A DNA stretch of 64,000 nucleotides from the NCBI GenBank assembly GCA_963803025.1, contig CAWDKZ010000022.1:11917-75916 (forward strand), written 5' to 3'. The position numbers and the translations under genes were made by a program. Below the pieces are notes generated by a model that did no database searches, had not been told where the DNA came from, and saw only the letters and a list, made by a program, of their open reading frames with translations. Each line of letters starts with the position of its first letter. Positions within the stretch are counted from its first letter, which is position 1. Below, piece by piece: positions 49,739 through 60,029 of the stretch. The DNA comes from an uncultured Acidimicrobiaceae bacterium. GTDB taxonomy: Bacteria; Actinomycetota; Acidimicrobiia; Acidimicrobiales; Bog-793.

Positions 49739-50185
49739 ATGCCCCCGGTGGGGGAGCATCCGAGGATCGAGATCGACTGGCGTGACCTGCGCGCCCGCGC
49801 GATGCGGGCTGCGAAGCGTGCCTATGCGCCGTATTCCGGGCTGAGTGTCGGTGCCGCGGGTCTCGTGCCCGACGGTCGGGTCTTCGTCGGTTGCAACGTC
49901 GAGAACGCCTCGTACGGCCTGACGCTCTGTGCCGAGTGCGGTCTTGTCTCGAACCTCGTCGTGGCGGGAGCGGAGGGGCTCGTCGCCGTCAGTGTTGTCG
50001 CCCTCGACGGCAGGCCGCTCACGCCGTGCGGTCGCTGCCGCCAGCTCCTCATCGAGCACGGCAGTGTCGGTCTCCTGCTCGACAAGGGTGAGGAGTCGGC
50101 GCCGACACCGATGCGGGACCTGTTGCCCGAGGCGTGGCGACTCCCCTCGGACATCCCGTCGGTCCGGACGCCGAGTGCCCGCTAG
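49739..50185 (+). CDS. cdd: cytidine deaminase
   Basis: It has the zinc motifs CAECGLV and PCGRCRQLL, plus AYAPYSGLSVGAA. The start is ATG 49739, with GTG 49727 as an alternative. Confidence 0.92.
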   Translation: MPPVGEHPRIEIDWRDLRARAMRAAKRAYAPYSGLSVGAAGLVPDGRVFVGCNVENASYGLTLCAECGLVSNLVVAGAEGLVAVSVVALDGRPLTPCGRCRQLLIEHGSVGLLLDKGEESAPTPMRDLLPEAWRLPSDIPSVRTPSAR

Positions 50186-51471
50186 GGGCGCACCCCCCGT
50201 CTTCGACGTCGTCGATCTCATCCGCGCGAAACGTGACGGGCGGGCGCTCGCCGACGCCGAGATCGACTGGCTGATCGAGGGCTACGCCCGTGGCGTGCTG
50301 CCCGACGAGCAGGTCGCGGCGCTGCTCATGGCGGTCTACTTCCGCGGCATGTCGCCGGCGGAGCTGGCGGCGTGGACGGACGCGATCATCGCCTCCGGCG
50401 GGCGGATGGACCTGTCGGGACTGGCGCGCCCGACGGTCGACAAGCATTCGACCGGCGGTGTCGGTGACAAGGTCTCGCTCATCCTCGCGCCGCTCGTCGC
50501 GGCCTGCGGCGCCGCGGTGCCGCAGCTGTCCGGGCGCGGACTCGGTCACACCGGCGGCACGCTCGACAAGCTCGAGTCGATCCCGGGCTGGCGGTCCGAG
50601 CTGACGCCCGAGGAGATCCGCCGCCAGCTCGACGAGGTCGGCTGCGTGATCTGCGCCGCCGGGAGGGGTCTCGCGCCGGCCGACCGGAAGCTCTACGCGC
50701 TGCGCGACGTGACGGCGACGGTCGAATCGATCCCGCTCATCGCGGCGTCGATCATGTCGAAGAAGATCGCCGAAGGCACCGCCGCACTCGTACTCGACGT
50801 GAAGGTCGGATCCGGGGCCTTCATGACCGAGAAGGGCCGTGCCTCCGAGCTCGCCTCGACGATGGTCGAGCTCGGCAAGGCCTACGGCGTCGGCGTCGTC
50901 GCGCTCCTGACCGCGATGGACGCGCCGCTCGGGCGCGCCGTCGGCAACGCGCTCGAGGTCGCCGAGTCGATCGAGGTCCTCTCCGGGGGAGGCCCGGCCG
51001 ACCTCGTCGCGGTGACGCTGGCGCTCGCGCACGAGATGCTCGGCCTCGCGGGACTCGGCGACGTCGATCCCGGCCTGGCGCTGCAGGACGGCTCGGCGCT
51101 GGAACGCTTCCGGGCGATGGTCGTCGCCCAAGGAGGCGACCCCGACGCGCCCCTCGCGGGCGGCGATCGTGGACGAGGTCGTCGCCGACCGGTCCGGCTA
51201 CCTCTCTCGCCTCGACGCCCGCGCCGTCGGGGTCGCGTCCTGGCGGCTCGGTGCCGGCCGGGCCCGCAAGGAGGACCCGGTCAGCCCGTCGGCCGGGGTG
51301 ATCTGTCGCGCGAAACCCGGCGAAGCGGTGGTCGCCGGTCAGACGGTCCTCGAACTCCACGGTGAGCGCGCCGATGAGATCGCCCGGGCTCGCGAGGTGC
51401 TCGTCGGCGCCCTCGAGGTCGCCGAGTCGCCGCCGTCGGCTCCGCCGTTGGTCCTGGCGCGGATCGCCTGA
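50175..51471 (+). pseudogene. deoA: thymidine/pyrimidine-nucleoside phosphorylase, interrupted by a frameshift near 51150-51168
   Basis: Frame A carries DLIRAKRDG...DKHSTGGVGDKVSL...LDVKVGSGAF up to DPDAPLAGG and then turns Arg-rich. Frame B (the track ORF 51169..51471) carries the missing C-terminal domain, IVDEVVADRSGYLSRLDARAVGVASWRLGAGR. Confidence 0.85.
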
Positions 51472-51578
51472 CCACCCGCGGGCCAGGCGCTCGACGCCGG
51501 GTCCGCTCGCCCCGGCGTGTTCCACGGCCGCCCGACAAAGACCGACCGCCGGGCCGGGTCGGTCACTAACCTTTGGCC

Positions 51579-52700
51579 ATGCGAGACCAGGCTCCAACCC
51601 CCGACGAGATCGTCCGCTCCCCGAAGGTCCTCCTGCACGACCACCTCGACGGGGGTCTTCGACCGGCGACCCTCGTCGAGTTGGCGGCGGAATGCGGCTA
51701 CCGGGACCTGCCGACGACCGACCCGGACGAACTCGCCCGGTCGTTCGTCGTCGCCGCGCCCCGGCGGGACCTCGTCCGGTTCCTCGTCGGCTTCACCCAC
51801 ACGGTCGCCGTCATGCAGCACAAGGACGCGCTCGAACGCGTGGCGTTCGAGTGCGTCGAGGACCTCGCAGCCGATGGCGTCGTCTACGCCGAGGTCCGCT
51901 TCGCGCCGGAGCTCCACACCGAGGCCGGGCTCGAGCTCGTCGAGGTCGTGGAGTCGGTTCTCGGGGGCTTCCGGGCCGGCATGGCCGCCTCGGCGGCGGC
52001 GGGTCGGCCGATCGTCGTCCAGGCGCTCCTCACGGCGATGCGGACGGCGGCGCGTTCTCTCGAGATCGCCGAGCTCGCCGTGCGCTACCGCGACTCGGGC
52101 GTCGGAGGATTCGACGTCGCCGGGGCCGAGGCGGGGTACCCGCCGACGCAGCACCTCGACGCTTTCCAACTTGTGCAGCGGGAGAACTTCCACGCGACCC
52201 TCCACGCCGGTGAGGCCTTCGGCCTCCCTTCGATCTGGCAGGCGCTCCAGTGGTGCAACGCCGAGCGCCTCGGCCACGGCGTGCGGATCGTCGACGACAT
52301 CACCGTCGCGCCCGACGGTCGCGCCGTGCTCGGCCGGCTGGCGAGCTACATCCGGGACCGCCGCGTGCCCCTCGAGCTCTGCCCGACCTCGAACGTGCAC
52401 ACCGGTGTCGTCGCCTCGCTCGCCGACCACCCGATCGGACTGCTGCGCGAGCTGCGCTTCCGGGTGACCGTCAACACTGACAACCGTCTGATGAGCGGGC
52501 TGACGCTCTCCTCGGAGCTCGCCAGGGTCGCGGCGACGTTCAACTGGGGTTGGGACGACCTCAGCTGGCTGGCGATCAACGCGATGAAGAGCGCCTTCTA
52601 TCCCTTCGACGATCGGCTCGCCATCATCGACAGGATGATCAAGCCGGGGTTCGCGGCGCTCCTCGAGCAGCCGGCGACGCGCCAAGCGCCCGCGATCTAG
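51579..52700 (+). CDS. add: adenosine deaminase
   Basis: [15 protein letters not shown], the HAGE motif (TLHAGEAFG) and [11 protein letters not shown] are present. The start is ATG 51579, with TTG 51573 as an alternative. Confidence 0.93.
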   Translation: MRDQAPTPDEIVRSPKVLLHDHLDGGLRPATLVELAAECGYRDLPTTDPDELARSFVVAAPRRDLVRFLVGFTHTVAVMQHKDALERVAFECVEDLAADGVVYAEVRFAPELHTEAGLELVEVVESVLGGFRAGMAASAAAGRPIVVQALLTAMRTAARSLEIAELAVRYRDSGVGGFDVAGAEAGYPPTQHLDAFQLVQRENFHATLHAGEAFGLPSIWQALQWCNAERLGHGVRIVDDITVAPDGRAVLGRLASYIRDRRVPLELCPTSNVHTGVVASLADHPIGLLRELRFRVTVNTDNRLMSGLTLSSELARVAATFNWGWDDLSWLAINAMKSAFYPFDDRLAIIDRMIKPGFAALLEQPATRQAPAI

Positions 52701-52704
52701 ACGC

Positions 52705-54427
52705 TCAGCCGGCGAGCATCGCCTCGACGGCGGGACCCAACTGCCCGAGGATCGCCCGGGCGTGGCGGCGCGCCTCGTCGAGGCTGGATCGTCCGGGCGG
52801 ATCGGTCGTCACCTCGAGGTAGGCCTTGAGCTTCGGTTCGGTCCCGCTCGGACGGACGACGACCCGGGCGGTTCGGCCGAGGCGCAGGGCGAGCACGTCC
52901 GACGGCGGGAGCCCGCCTGCGCCGGGCGCGTAGTCGACGATGCCGCTCACGGCGATGCCGGCGAGCTCGGCCGGCGGACGCGAGCGCAGGCGCGTCATCC
53001 TCGCCGCGAACTCGGCGATCGCGCCTTCGTCACGTCCTCGGAGCGAGATCTGGGACGTCACGTGGACACCGAGGCGCGCCTCGATGTCGTCGAGCCGGTC
53101 GGCGAGGTTGCGTCCGGCCGCCTTCTCGCGCGGCGAGCTCGGCGGCGACGAGCGCGGCCGACAGCCCGTCCTTGTCGGCGACCGCGTCGCTCACGGCGTA
53201 GCCGAGGGCCTCCTCGTAGCCGAAGACGAGGCGGCTTCCGGGACGCCCGGCCGCGGCGCGGGCGATCCACTTGAAGCCGGTGAGCGTCTCGGCGTAGGCG
53301 ACGCCGGCCTCGTCGGCGAGCGCGGCGAGGAGCGACGACGAGACGATGGTCGTGGCGACGAGGCGGCCCGTGCCGTGCGTCTTCCCCAACAGATAGTCGC
53401 CGAGGAGCGCGCCGAGCTCGTCCCCGCTGAGCATGCGGAAGCCGCCGGCACGGTCGGCGAAGGCGACCGCGAGGCGGTCGGCGTCGGGGTCGTTCGCCAG
53501 CACGACGTCGGCCGAGACACGTCGCGCCTCCCCGATGGCGAGGTCGAGCGCGCCCGGCTCCTCGGGGTTCGGGAAGGCGACGGTCGGGAAGTCCGGATCG
53601 GGTTCGGCCTGACGGGCGACCGACACCGGCGGGTCGAAGCCCGCGCCGACGAGGAGGTCCGGCAGGACGGCACCGCCGACGCCGTGGAGCGGCGTGTAGA
53701 CGATCCGGAGCCCGCGGGGACCATCGGGGTCGAGGAGGCGCGTCGTCGCGGCCGAGTAGGCACGAAGGATCGCTTCCTCGTCGAGGTGCTCGATCAGCCG
53801 GTGCTGACCGGGCGGCGGCTCGGCGAGCGCCGGCGGCCCGAGCTCGCCGGCGAGCGTGGCGATCCGCGTGTCGTCGGGCGGGATGACCTGCGCACCGTCA
53901 GCGGCATAGGCCTTGTAGCCGTTGTCGGCCGGCGGGTTGTGGCTCGCGGTGATCATCACCCCCGCGGCGGCCCGGAGGTGGCGGACGGCGAACGCGGTGA
54001 GCGGGGTGGGGAGCGGTCTTGGCAGCAGACGGACGCGCACACCCGCCCCGGCTGCGACGGCGGCCGAGTCGGCGGCGAAGATCGCCGATCCGTGGCGGGC
54101 GTCGCGGCCGACGACGATGCCCGCTTCGCGCGCTTCGTCGCCCTTGTCTGCGACCCAGCGCGCGACCCCGGCCGTCGTCGCGCGCACGACGGCACGGTTC
54201 ATCCGCGCCGGGCCAGCGCCGAGCGCGCCGCGCAGCCCGGCGGTGCCGAAGACGAGCGGCCGGTCGAACCGGGCGCGTAGTTCCGCCTCGTCACCCGAGG
54301 CCAGCAGTCCCTCGAGCTCGAGACGGGTCGCCGGGTCTGGGTCGCGGGCGATCCAGGCGCGAACCTCGGCGACGAGGGCGGGGGAAAGCGCCGACCCGCC
54401 TCGGCCACCAGCGTTCGCGGTCGTCAC
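52705..54427 (-). pseudogene. phospho-sugar mutase (phosphomannomutase/phosphopentomutase-like), interrupted by a frameshift near 53121-53132
   Basis: The 465-aa ORF carries GTAGLRG and the ITASHNPPADNGYK phosphoserine loop, then becomes Arg-rich after LAARE. The 118-aa ORF (52705..53061) is the C-terminal domain (RPSGTEPKLKAYLE). Shifting frame at GCGCGAGAAGG restores AREKAAGRNLADRLDDIEARLGVHVTSQISLRG. Confidence 0.85.
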
Positions 54428-55245
54428 AACCGTCCGACGAACCCGGCGATCAGTAGGGCGAGGGCGGGGGCAGCGGCGGCGCCGGCCTCGAGCACCTCGA
54501 CGTGGTCGATCGGCGCGTGGGTGACACCCGCGGCGTGGTTCGTGACGAGCGAGACGCCGAGCACCGCGGCGCCCAGGTGACGCGCCGCGATCGCTTCGAG
54601 GGTGGTCGACATCCCGACGAGCTGCGCGCCGGCACCGTGCAGCATCGCGATCTCGGCGGGCGTCTCGTACTGGGGTCCGGCGAGGCCCGCGTAGACACCT
54701 TCAGTGAGCGAGGGGTCGACCTCGCGGGCGAGGTCGCGCAGTTCCGCGGAGTAGAGCCCGGTGAGGTCGATGAAACGCGGTCCGTACTTCTTCGGTGGCG
54801 GCGGTCCCGAAAGCGGCGACGCGCCGGTCAGGTTGATCTGGTCGCGGATGAGCACCGCCTGGCCCCGATGCATCGCCGGGTCGAGACCGCCGGCGGCGTT
54901 CGTGAGGACGACGACCGGGCATCCGGCGAGCACCGCGACGCGGATTGGGTGGACGACCTCCGCCGGGGAGCGTCCCTCGTAGAGGTGGACCCGGCCGAGG
55001 AGGACGAGAACTCGTCGGCCGCCGACGTCGACCGAACGGATGGCTCCTTCGTGACCGGCGACCGTCGGCCGGGAGAACGCTGGGAGCTCCCCGGTCGAGA
55101 GCTCGGTCTCGGTCGTCCCGAGCTTGGCCGCGGCATCCTGCCATCCCGAGCCGAGGACCACCGCCGCGACGTGGTGGACGCGGCCGATCCTCTTGGCGAG
55201 CACCTCCGCGGCCCACTCGGCGAGCTCGTAGGGGTCGAGCGTCAT
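54424..55245 (-). CDS. punA: purine nucleoside phosphorylase (trimeric PNP type)
   Basis: INLTGASPL, GPQYETPAE and GMSTTLEAIAARHLG are present. The start is ATG 55245 (MTLDPYELAEW). Its stop overlaps the mutase start (GTGA). Confidence 0.9.
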   Translation of the reverse strand: MTLDPYELAEWAAEVLAKRIGRVHHVAAVVLGSGWQDAAAKLGTTETELSTGELPAFSRPTVAGHEGAIRSVDVGGRRVLVLLGRVHLYEGRSPAEVVHPIRVAVLAGCPVVVLTNAAGGLDPAMHRGQAVLIRDQINLTGASPLSGPPPPKKYGPRFIDLTGLYSAELRDLAREVDPSLTEGVYAGLAGPQYETPAEIAMLHGAGAQLVGMSTTLEAIAARHLGAAVLGVSLVTNHAAGVTHAPIDHVEVLEAGAAAAPALALLIAGFVGRL

Positions 55246-55523
55246 CGTGTTTCCAGCATCGCCCGCGACGCTACCGTTTCGCGATTTGTGCTGGTTGGTT
55301 TCGCTCAAGTCGCTGGGGCCGGGCGCGGCGCGCGGCGCCCCTTGGAGGAGACGGGCCTGCGGCGCGCCGTCGACTCCGCGGCACCCGCAGCCGCGGCAGT
55401 CCTGGTTGTCGGGGATTGGTCAAGCGAGATCACGTCCGGTTGGCGGCTTGCGCCTTCTCGGCTGCCGGACATCCGCCTCGGTTCGGCGAGGCGCCATGCG
55501 TCGGCGGCAGCTGCGCTGTCTCG

Positions 55524-56141
55524 CTAGGTACCGAAGAGCCGGTCCCCGAAGTCGCCAAGGCCGGGGACGATGTAGGCGTGTTCGTTCAGCCCTTCGTCGA
55601 GCGCGGCGGTGTAGATCTCGACCGAGGGATGGGCGTCCGTGAGGTGGCGGACCCCCTCGGGAGCGGAGACGACCGACACGAGCGAAACGTTCCTGGCTCC
55701 GGCTTGGAAAAGGGCGGTACAGGCGGCCGTCGCGGAACCTCCGGTCGCGAGCATCGGGTCGAGCAACAGGACGAGCCTGCCTTGGAGCGGGGGGAGCTTG
55801 GAGTAGTAGAGCGACGGCTCGAACGTCGCGTGATCGCGCTCGAGCCCGATGTAGCCCACCGGGACCTCCGGGAAGAGCTCCGTGACCGCCTCGAGCATGC
55901 CGAGCCCGGCACGCAGGATGGGGACCGCGACGAACGTCGACGCGATGCGCCGGCCGGTCGTCGACTTGATCGGCGTCTCGACCTCGACGGTCTCGGTCGC
56001 GGCCGAGCGCGTCGCCTCGATGCAGAGCACCAGGGCGAGCCGCTTCGACAGGACGCGGAAGAGCGGTGGGGGCGTCGACCTGTCCCTCAGCGCGGTGAGC
56101 AGCGAGTGCGCGAGCGGGTGGTCGACGACATGCAGTGCCAC
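55524..56141 (-). CDS. upp: uracil phosphoribosyltransferase
   Basis: GTG 56141 (GGAG upstream) gives (M)ALHVVDHPLAHSLLTALRD...VLLLDPMLATGGSA...YIVPGLGDFGDRLFGT. Confidence 0.92.
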   Translation of the reverse strand: MALHVVDHPLAHSLLTALRDRSTPPPLFRVLSKRLALVLCIEATRSAATETVEVETPIKSTTGRRIASTFVAVPILRAGLGMLEAVTELFPEVPVGYIGLERDHATFEPSLYYSKLPPLQGRLVLLLDPMLATGGSATAACTALFQAGARNVSLVSVVSAPEGVRHLTDAHPSVEIYTAALDEGLNEHAYIVPGLGDFGDRLFGT

Positions 56142-56547
56142 AGGGGGTCTCCGTTCTTCTCGGGTGGGACCTACGCCCCTGGGGTGCGAGGTGGTCCCGT
56201 CCCCCAAGAATGAGCACATCCGGTGCGGTGTCGGCGTCGCGGTCGTTTCGGGCGCGTCCCGGGTCGCGCACCCCACGGGCTCGACCGTCGTCGCCGTCGC
56301 GCGTCCGAGCCCGGCGCGAAGCCCGACACGCACTTCGGCGAGATCGCGGGGATCGCCGTTCGTTCCCGTCGCGCCGACGATGCTCCCGTCATCGGCCACT
56401 CCACGGTTCGGCGCGCACGTGCCGCGGCACGTTGTTGCATCCTAGGGCGTCGCTGTGCGAGCCCAGGACGGAAAAGCGCCTTGCGAAGGCCCTTATGCGG
56501 CGAGGCGCGTCGATACCGCTGGCGGTGACACCGACTAGAACTCAGCC

Positions 56548-57405
56548 GTGGCGAACCCGTGGCTCGAGCGGCGCGTGCTCGCCTACGCGCACCGGGGGGG
56601 CGAGAAGGAAGCCCCGTCATCGACGCTCGACGCGATCGAACGCGCCTGCGCGCTCGGAGCGACGGGGATCGAGCTCGACGTCCACGCCACCCGCGACGGC
56701 GTGCTCGTCGTCGGCCACGACCCGACCCTCGATGGGACGACGAATGGCTCAGGGGTGATCGCCGCTTGCACGCTCGGGGAGATCCGACGTCTCGACAACG
56801 CCTACTGGTTCGTCCCCGGCGAAGGCACGGTGCGCGACCGCCCGGTCGATCGGTACACCCTCCGTGGCCGCGCCCCAGCCGACCGGCGCTTCGCGGTGGC
56901 GACGCTCGACGAGGTGCTGGAGATGACCACCGGTGTTCTCCTCAACCTCGACATCAAGCAGACGGCACCCGTCGTCCTCCCCTACGAGGAAGCGCTCGCC
57001 CGGGCGCTCGCGGCGCACAATCGGCGTGACGACGTCATCGTGGCGTCGTTCTTCGACTCGGCGACGGAGGCGTTTTTGAGATACGCGCCGCACGTCGCGA
57101 CGTCGCTCGGCCAGAACGCCGTCGTCGGCTTCACGCAGGCCGTCGCGCGTGGCGACACGCCGGATCCCTCGTTGTCACGGCACGCCGCCATTCAGGTGCC
57201 ACCGAGCTTCTTAGGAATCGAGCTCGTCACCGAGCGTTTCGTCGAGGCGGCGCACGCGCTCGGCCTCGCGGTGCACGTGTGGACGATCGATGAGCCGAGC
57301 GAGATGGCGCGTCTCTGCGCGCTCGATGTCGACGGGATCATGACGGACCGTCCGAGCGTGCTCATCGGCGTGCTCGACGGTCTCGGTGTCGCCTGGAGAC
57401 CGTAG
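56548..57405 (+). CDS. glycerophosphodiester phosphodiesterase
   Basis: AHRGGEKEAPSSTLDAIERACALGATGIELDVHATRDGVLVVGHD is the GDPD active-site region. Confidence 0.9.
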   Translation: MANPWLERRVLAYAHRGGEKEAPSSTLDAIERACALGATGIELDVHATRDGVLVVGHDPTLDGTTNGSGVIAACTLGEIRRLDNAYWFVPGEGTVRDRPVDRYTLRGRAPADRRFAVATLDEVLEMTTGVLLNLDIKQTAPVVLPYEEALARALAAHNRRDDVIVASFFDSATEAFLRYAPHVATSLGQNAVVGFTQAVARGDTPDPSLSRHAAIQVPPSFLGIELVTERFVEAAHALGLAVHVWTIDEPSEMARLCALDVDGIMTDRPSVLIGVLDGLGVAWRP

Positions 57406-57416
57406 CCTGAGGGGAA

Positions 57417-57435
57417 CTCGACGTGTGTCGTCGAG
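57417..57435. terminator. hairpin between convergent glpQ-like and bL37 genes
   Basis: CTCGACG-TGTGT-CGTCGAG is a 7-bp perfect stem in the 52-nt convergent spacer. Confidence 0.4.
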
Positions 57436-57457
57436 GACCGAACGCGGTGGCGAAGAG

Positions 57458-57541
57458 CTAGCCGTGACCGCAGTTCGGCTTCTTGCCGTGATTTGCCTTC
57501 TTCCTCTTCCGCAGCTTCCGCTTGTTCGTCTTCTTCGACAT
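57458..57541 (-). CDS. tiny basic ribosomal protein, bL37-like (27 aa)
   Basis: The reverse strand ATGTCGAAGAAGACGAAC...GGTCACGGCTAG encodes MSKKTNKRKLRKRKKANHGKKPNCGHG. This resembles the actinobacterial bL37 (KANHGKRPN core). It is too short for the ORF track. Confidence 0.7.
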   Translation of the reverse strand: MSKKTNKRKLRKRKKANHGKKPNCGHG

Positions 57542-57585
57542 GGCCCCGGCAGTGTAGCCGAGGCCTGCGAGTAGCCTCGACGTCC

Positions 57586-58662
57586 GTGGAACGCATCGGC
57601 CTCGTCGGGCTGCCGAACTCCGGCAAGTCCTCGTTGTTCAACGCGCTGACCGGCGCGCACGTGCCGGTCGCCCCGCATCCGTTCACGACGACCGAGACCT
57701 CCGTCGGCGTCGCCCACGTCGCCGACGCCCGGCTCAGCGCGCTCGCGGCGATGAGCGCCAGTCGCAAGGTCGTCGAGGCGACGGTCGAGGTGGTCGACAT
57801 CGCCGGCCTCGTCGCCGGCGCCGAACGCGGCGAGGGCCTCGGGAACCGATTCCTCGCGGGGATCCGCGAGGTGGACGCGCTCTGTTTCGTCCTGCGCAGC
57901 TTCGCCGACGAGTCGGTTCCCGGGGAGAACGACCCGCTCGCCGCGCTCGGCGTGCTCGAGCTGGAGCTCGTGCTCGCCGATCTCGCCTCCCTGGAGAGTC
58001 AGCTCACGAAGCAGCAGAAGGCGGCGCGGGCCAATCCCGCGCTCGCCGACGCGTCCCACGCGATGGAGGCCGCGCAGGCCGTGCTCTCGTCCGGCGTGCC
58101 GCTGTATCGATCGACGCTTGCCGCAGGGGACAAGGTCCTGCTCGCGCCGCTGTTCCTCCTCACGAACAAGCCCTTCTTCTGCGTCGTCAACCTTGGAGAG
58201 GACGAAGTCGCCGGGGCCGAGGACGTGCTCGGACCCGTCGTCGTCGAGCTCGGCGGGCACGCGACGGTTCTCGGCGTGAGCGTCGAGCTCGAAGCGGAGG
58301 CCCGCGCCCTCGAACCCGGTGAGCGCAGTGAGCTCCTCGCGGGCCTGGGACTCGGGGAAGGTGCGCTGCCACGCGTCGCGCGGGCGCTGTTCGACGCCAT
58401 CGGACGTTGGACCTTCCTCACGACAGGGGAGAAGGAGTCGCGCGCCTGGACGTTTCGCGAGGGCGCCAAGGCGCCCGAGTGCGCGGGGGTGATCCACTCC
58501 GACCTCCAGCGGGGGTTCATCCGAGCCGAGGTGATCCGCTGGGACGAACTCGTCGAGATCGGCTCTTGGGCGGCGGCGAAGGCTGCCGGGCGTATCCGCC
58601 TCGAGGGCAAGGACTACGAGGTCCAGGACGGCGACACCCTCGAGATCCGCTTCAACGTCTGA
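57586..58662 (+). CDS. ychF: redox-regulated ATPase YchF
   Basis: GTG 57586 gives VERIGLVGLPNSGKSSLFNALT, followed by a TGS/YchF C-terminal domain (GFIRAEVIRWDEL...GKDYEVQDGD). Confidence 0.93.
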   Translation: MERIGLVGLPNSGKSSLFNALTGAHVPVAPHPFTTTETSVGVAHVADARLSALAAMSASRKVVEATVEVVDIAGLVAGAERGEGLGNRFLAGIREVDALCFVLRSFADESVPGENDPLAALGVLELELVLADLASLESQLTKQQKAARANPALADASHAMEAAQAVLSSGVPLYRSTLAAGDKVLLAPLFLLTNKPFFCVVNLGEDEVAGAEDVLGPVVVELGGHATVLGVSVELEAEARALEPGERSELLAGLGLGEGALPRVARALFDAIGRWTFLTTGEKESRAWTFREGAKAPECAGVIHSDLQRGFIRAEVIRWDELVEIGSWAAAKAAGRIRLEGKDYEVQDGDTLEIRFNV

Positions 58663-58677
58663 TCTGGGCTCCGGGTG

Positions 58678-59073
58678 ATGGGATGGGCGACCGGCACCGG
58701 GTTACCGTTCACCGGCGCAGAGGTCTTCGTACGGGAGGTCGGCGTGGCCTGGCTGTTGCGAGGAGGTGACGTGCTCGCGAGCATCGAGCTCGCGCGGTCC
58801 CCGGGGCGTCGCGCGATCGGCCTGATCGGCCGGAAGCGGCTCGACGGGGGCCTTCTCCTCGAGCCCTGCCGGGTGATCCACACGATCGGGGTGCGGTTCC
58901 CGATCGACGTCGCGTACCTCGACCGTTCGGGAGTCGTGATCGGCATCCGCAGGTTCCGGCGATTTCGGATCGGTCTGCCGCGCCGACGCGCCCGTTCGGT
59001 CCTCGAGGCCGAGGCGGGGGCGTTCGAGCGATGGCGGCTCGCCGTCGGGGACACCTTGGAGACCAGGGAATGA
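58678..59073 (+). CDS. DUF192 domain protein
   Basis: RRAIGLIGRKRLDGGLLLEPCRVIHTIGVRFPIDVAYLD...VLEAEAG matches the DUF192 pattern. The start is uncertain. Confidence 0.7.
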   Translation: MGWATGTGLPFTGAEVFVREVGVAWLLRGGDVLASIELARSPGRRAIGLIGRKRLDGGLLLEPCRVIHTIGVRFPIDVAYLDRSGVVIGIRRFRRFRIGLPRRRARSVLEAEAGAFERWRLAVGDTLETRE

Positions 59074-59969
59074 CCGGCGCGCCCGCGTCCCGGCGCACCC
59101 GCGCCGCCCGACGGGGCGCGCTCGTCGTCGTCGCGACACCGATCGGCAACCTCGCGGATCTGTCGCCGCGGGCTGCCGAAGTGCTCGCGGCGGTCGACGT
59201 GGTCTGCTGCGAAGACACGCGTCACACCGGGAGGCTGCTCGAGCACGTCGGCGTGCACGCCAAGAAGCTCCTCGCCGTGCACGCGCACAATGAGGTCGAA
59301 CAGATCGGTGTCGTCCTCGACCTACTCGGCGCGGGTGCCGACGTCGCGCTCGTCTCCGACGCCGGGACACCGGTCATCTCCGACCCCGGGGGACGACTCG
59401 TCGCAGCGGTGAGCGACGCCGGCTTCGACGTGCGCGCGATTCCAGGGCCGTCGGCGGGACTCGGTGCCCTGGTGGTCAGCGGCTTCGACGTGAGCCGCTT
59501 CCGTTTCGAGGGGTTCCTGCCCCGCAAGGGAACCGAACGCCGGTCACGCCTCGAGGAGATCGCCGCGTCACCGTGCCCGACGGTCGTCTTCGAGGCACCG
59601 AACCGCGTCGCGAGGACCCTCGGGGACATTCTCGCCGCGACGGGGGCGGATCGCCGCGTCGTCGTCGCGCGTGAGCTCACCAAGCTGCACGAAGAGGTGT
59701 TCCGGGGCCGCGTCGGCGAGGCGTTCGCGCGGGCGAACGAGACCGAGCCCCGCGGCGAGCACGTCCTCGTCGTCGACGCGGCACCGGACCGTCCGCCGCG
59801 CCCGGCGGCCGACGTCCGCGCGGCGATCAGCCGTCTCGTCGCCGCCGGCGTCGGCCTGCGCGACGCCACGACGGCGGTCGAGGTGCAGCTCGGCGTCGCC
59901 CACCGCGTCGCCTACGCGGCCGCGCTCGAGTTGCGCGGGACCGCGGAAGCGAAGCGGACGGTGGGCTGA
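59070..59969 (+). CDS. rsmI: 16S rRNA (cytidine1402-2'-O)-methyltransferase
   Basis: LVVVATPIGNLADLSPRAAEVLAAVDVVCCEDTRHTGRLL is present. There is an ATGA overlap with the upstream stop. Confidence 0.92.
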   Translation: MTGAPASRRTRAARRGALVVVATPIGNLADLSPRAAEVLAAVDVVCCEDTRHTGRLLEHVGVHAKKLLAVHAHNEVEQIGVVLDLLGAGADVALVSDAGTPVISDPGGRLVAAVSDAGFDVRAIPGPSAGLGALVVSGFDVSRFRFEGFLPRKGTERRSRLEEIAASPCPTVVFEAPNRVARTLGDILAATGADRRVVVARELTKLHEEVFRGRVGEAFARANETEPRGEHVLVVDAAPDRPPRPAADVRAAISRLVAAGVGLRDATTAVEVQLGVAHRVAYAAALELRGTAEAKRTVG

Positions 59970-60029
59970 GCCGTTCTGCGACACGGTCACTTCGTCGAGC
60001 CATCTGTGCCCGGCCGGTACGCTGGCGAG

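Noticed and set aside
56142-56547. PyrR-type attenuator or other leader upstream of upp (400-nt divergent gap)
   Set aside because: One GGGACC...GGUCCC stem is present, but there is no PyrR binding-loop consensus (ARUCCAGAGAGG). The evidence is insufficient.
57192-57800. 202-aa minus-strand ORF overlapping bL37 and the ychF start
   Set aside because: It lies out of frame with the convincing bL37 mini-ORF and antisense to ychF, and it has low-complexity Ser/Thr/Ala/Arg content.
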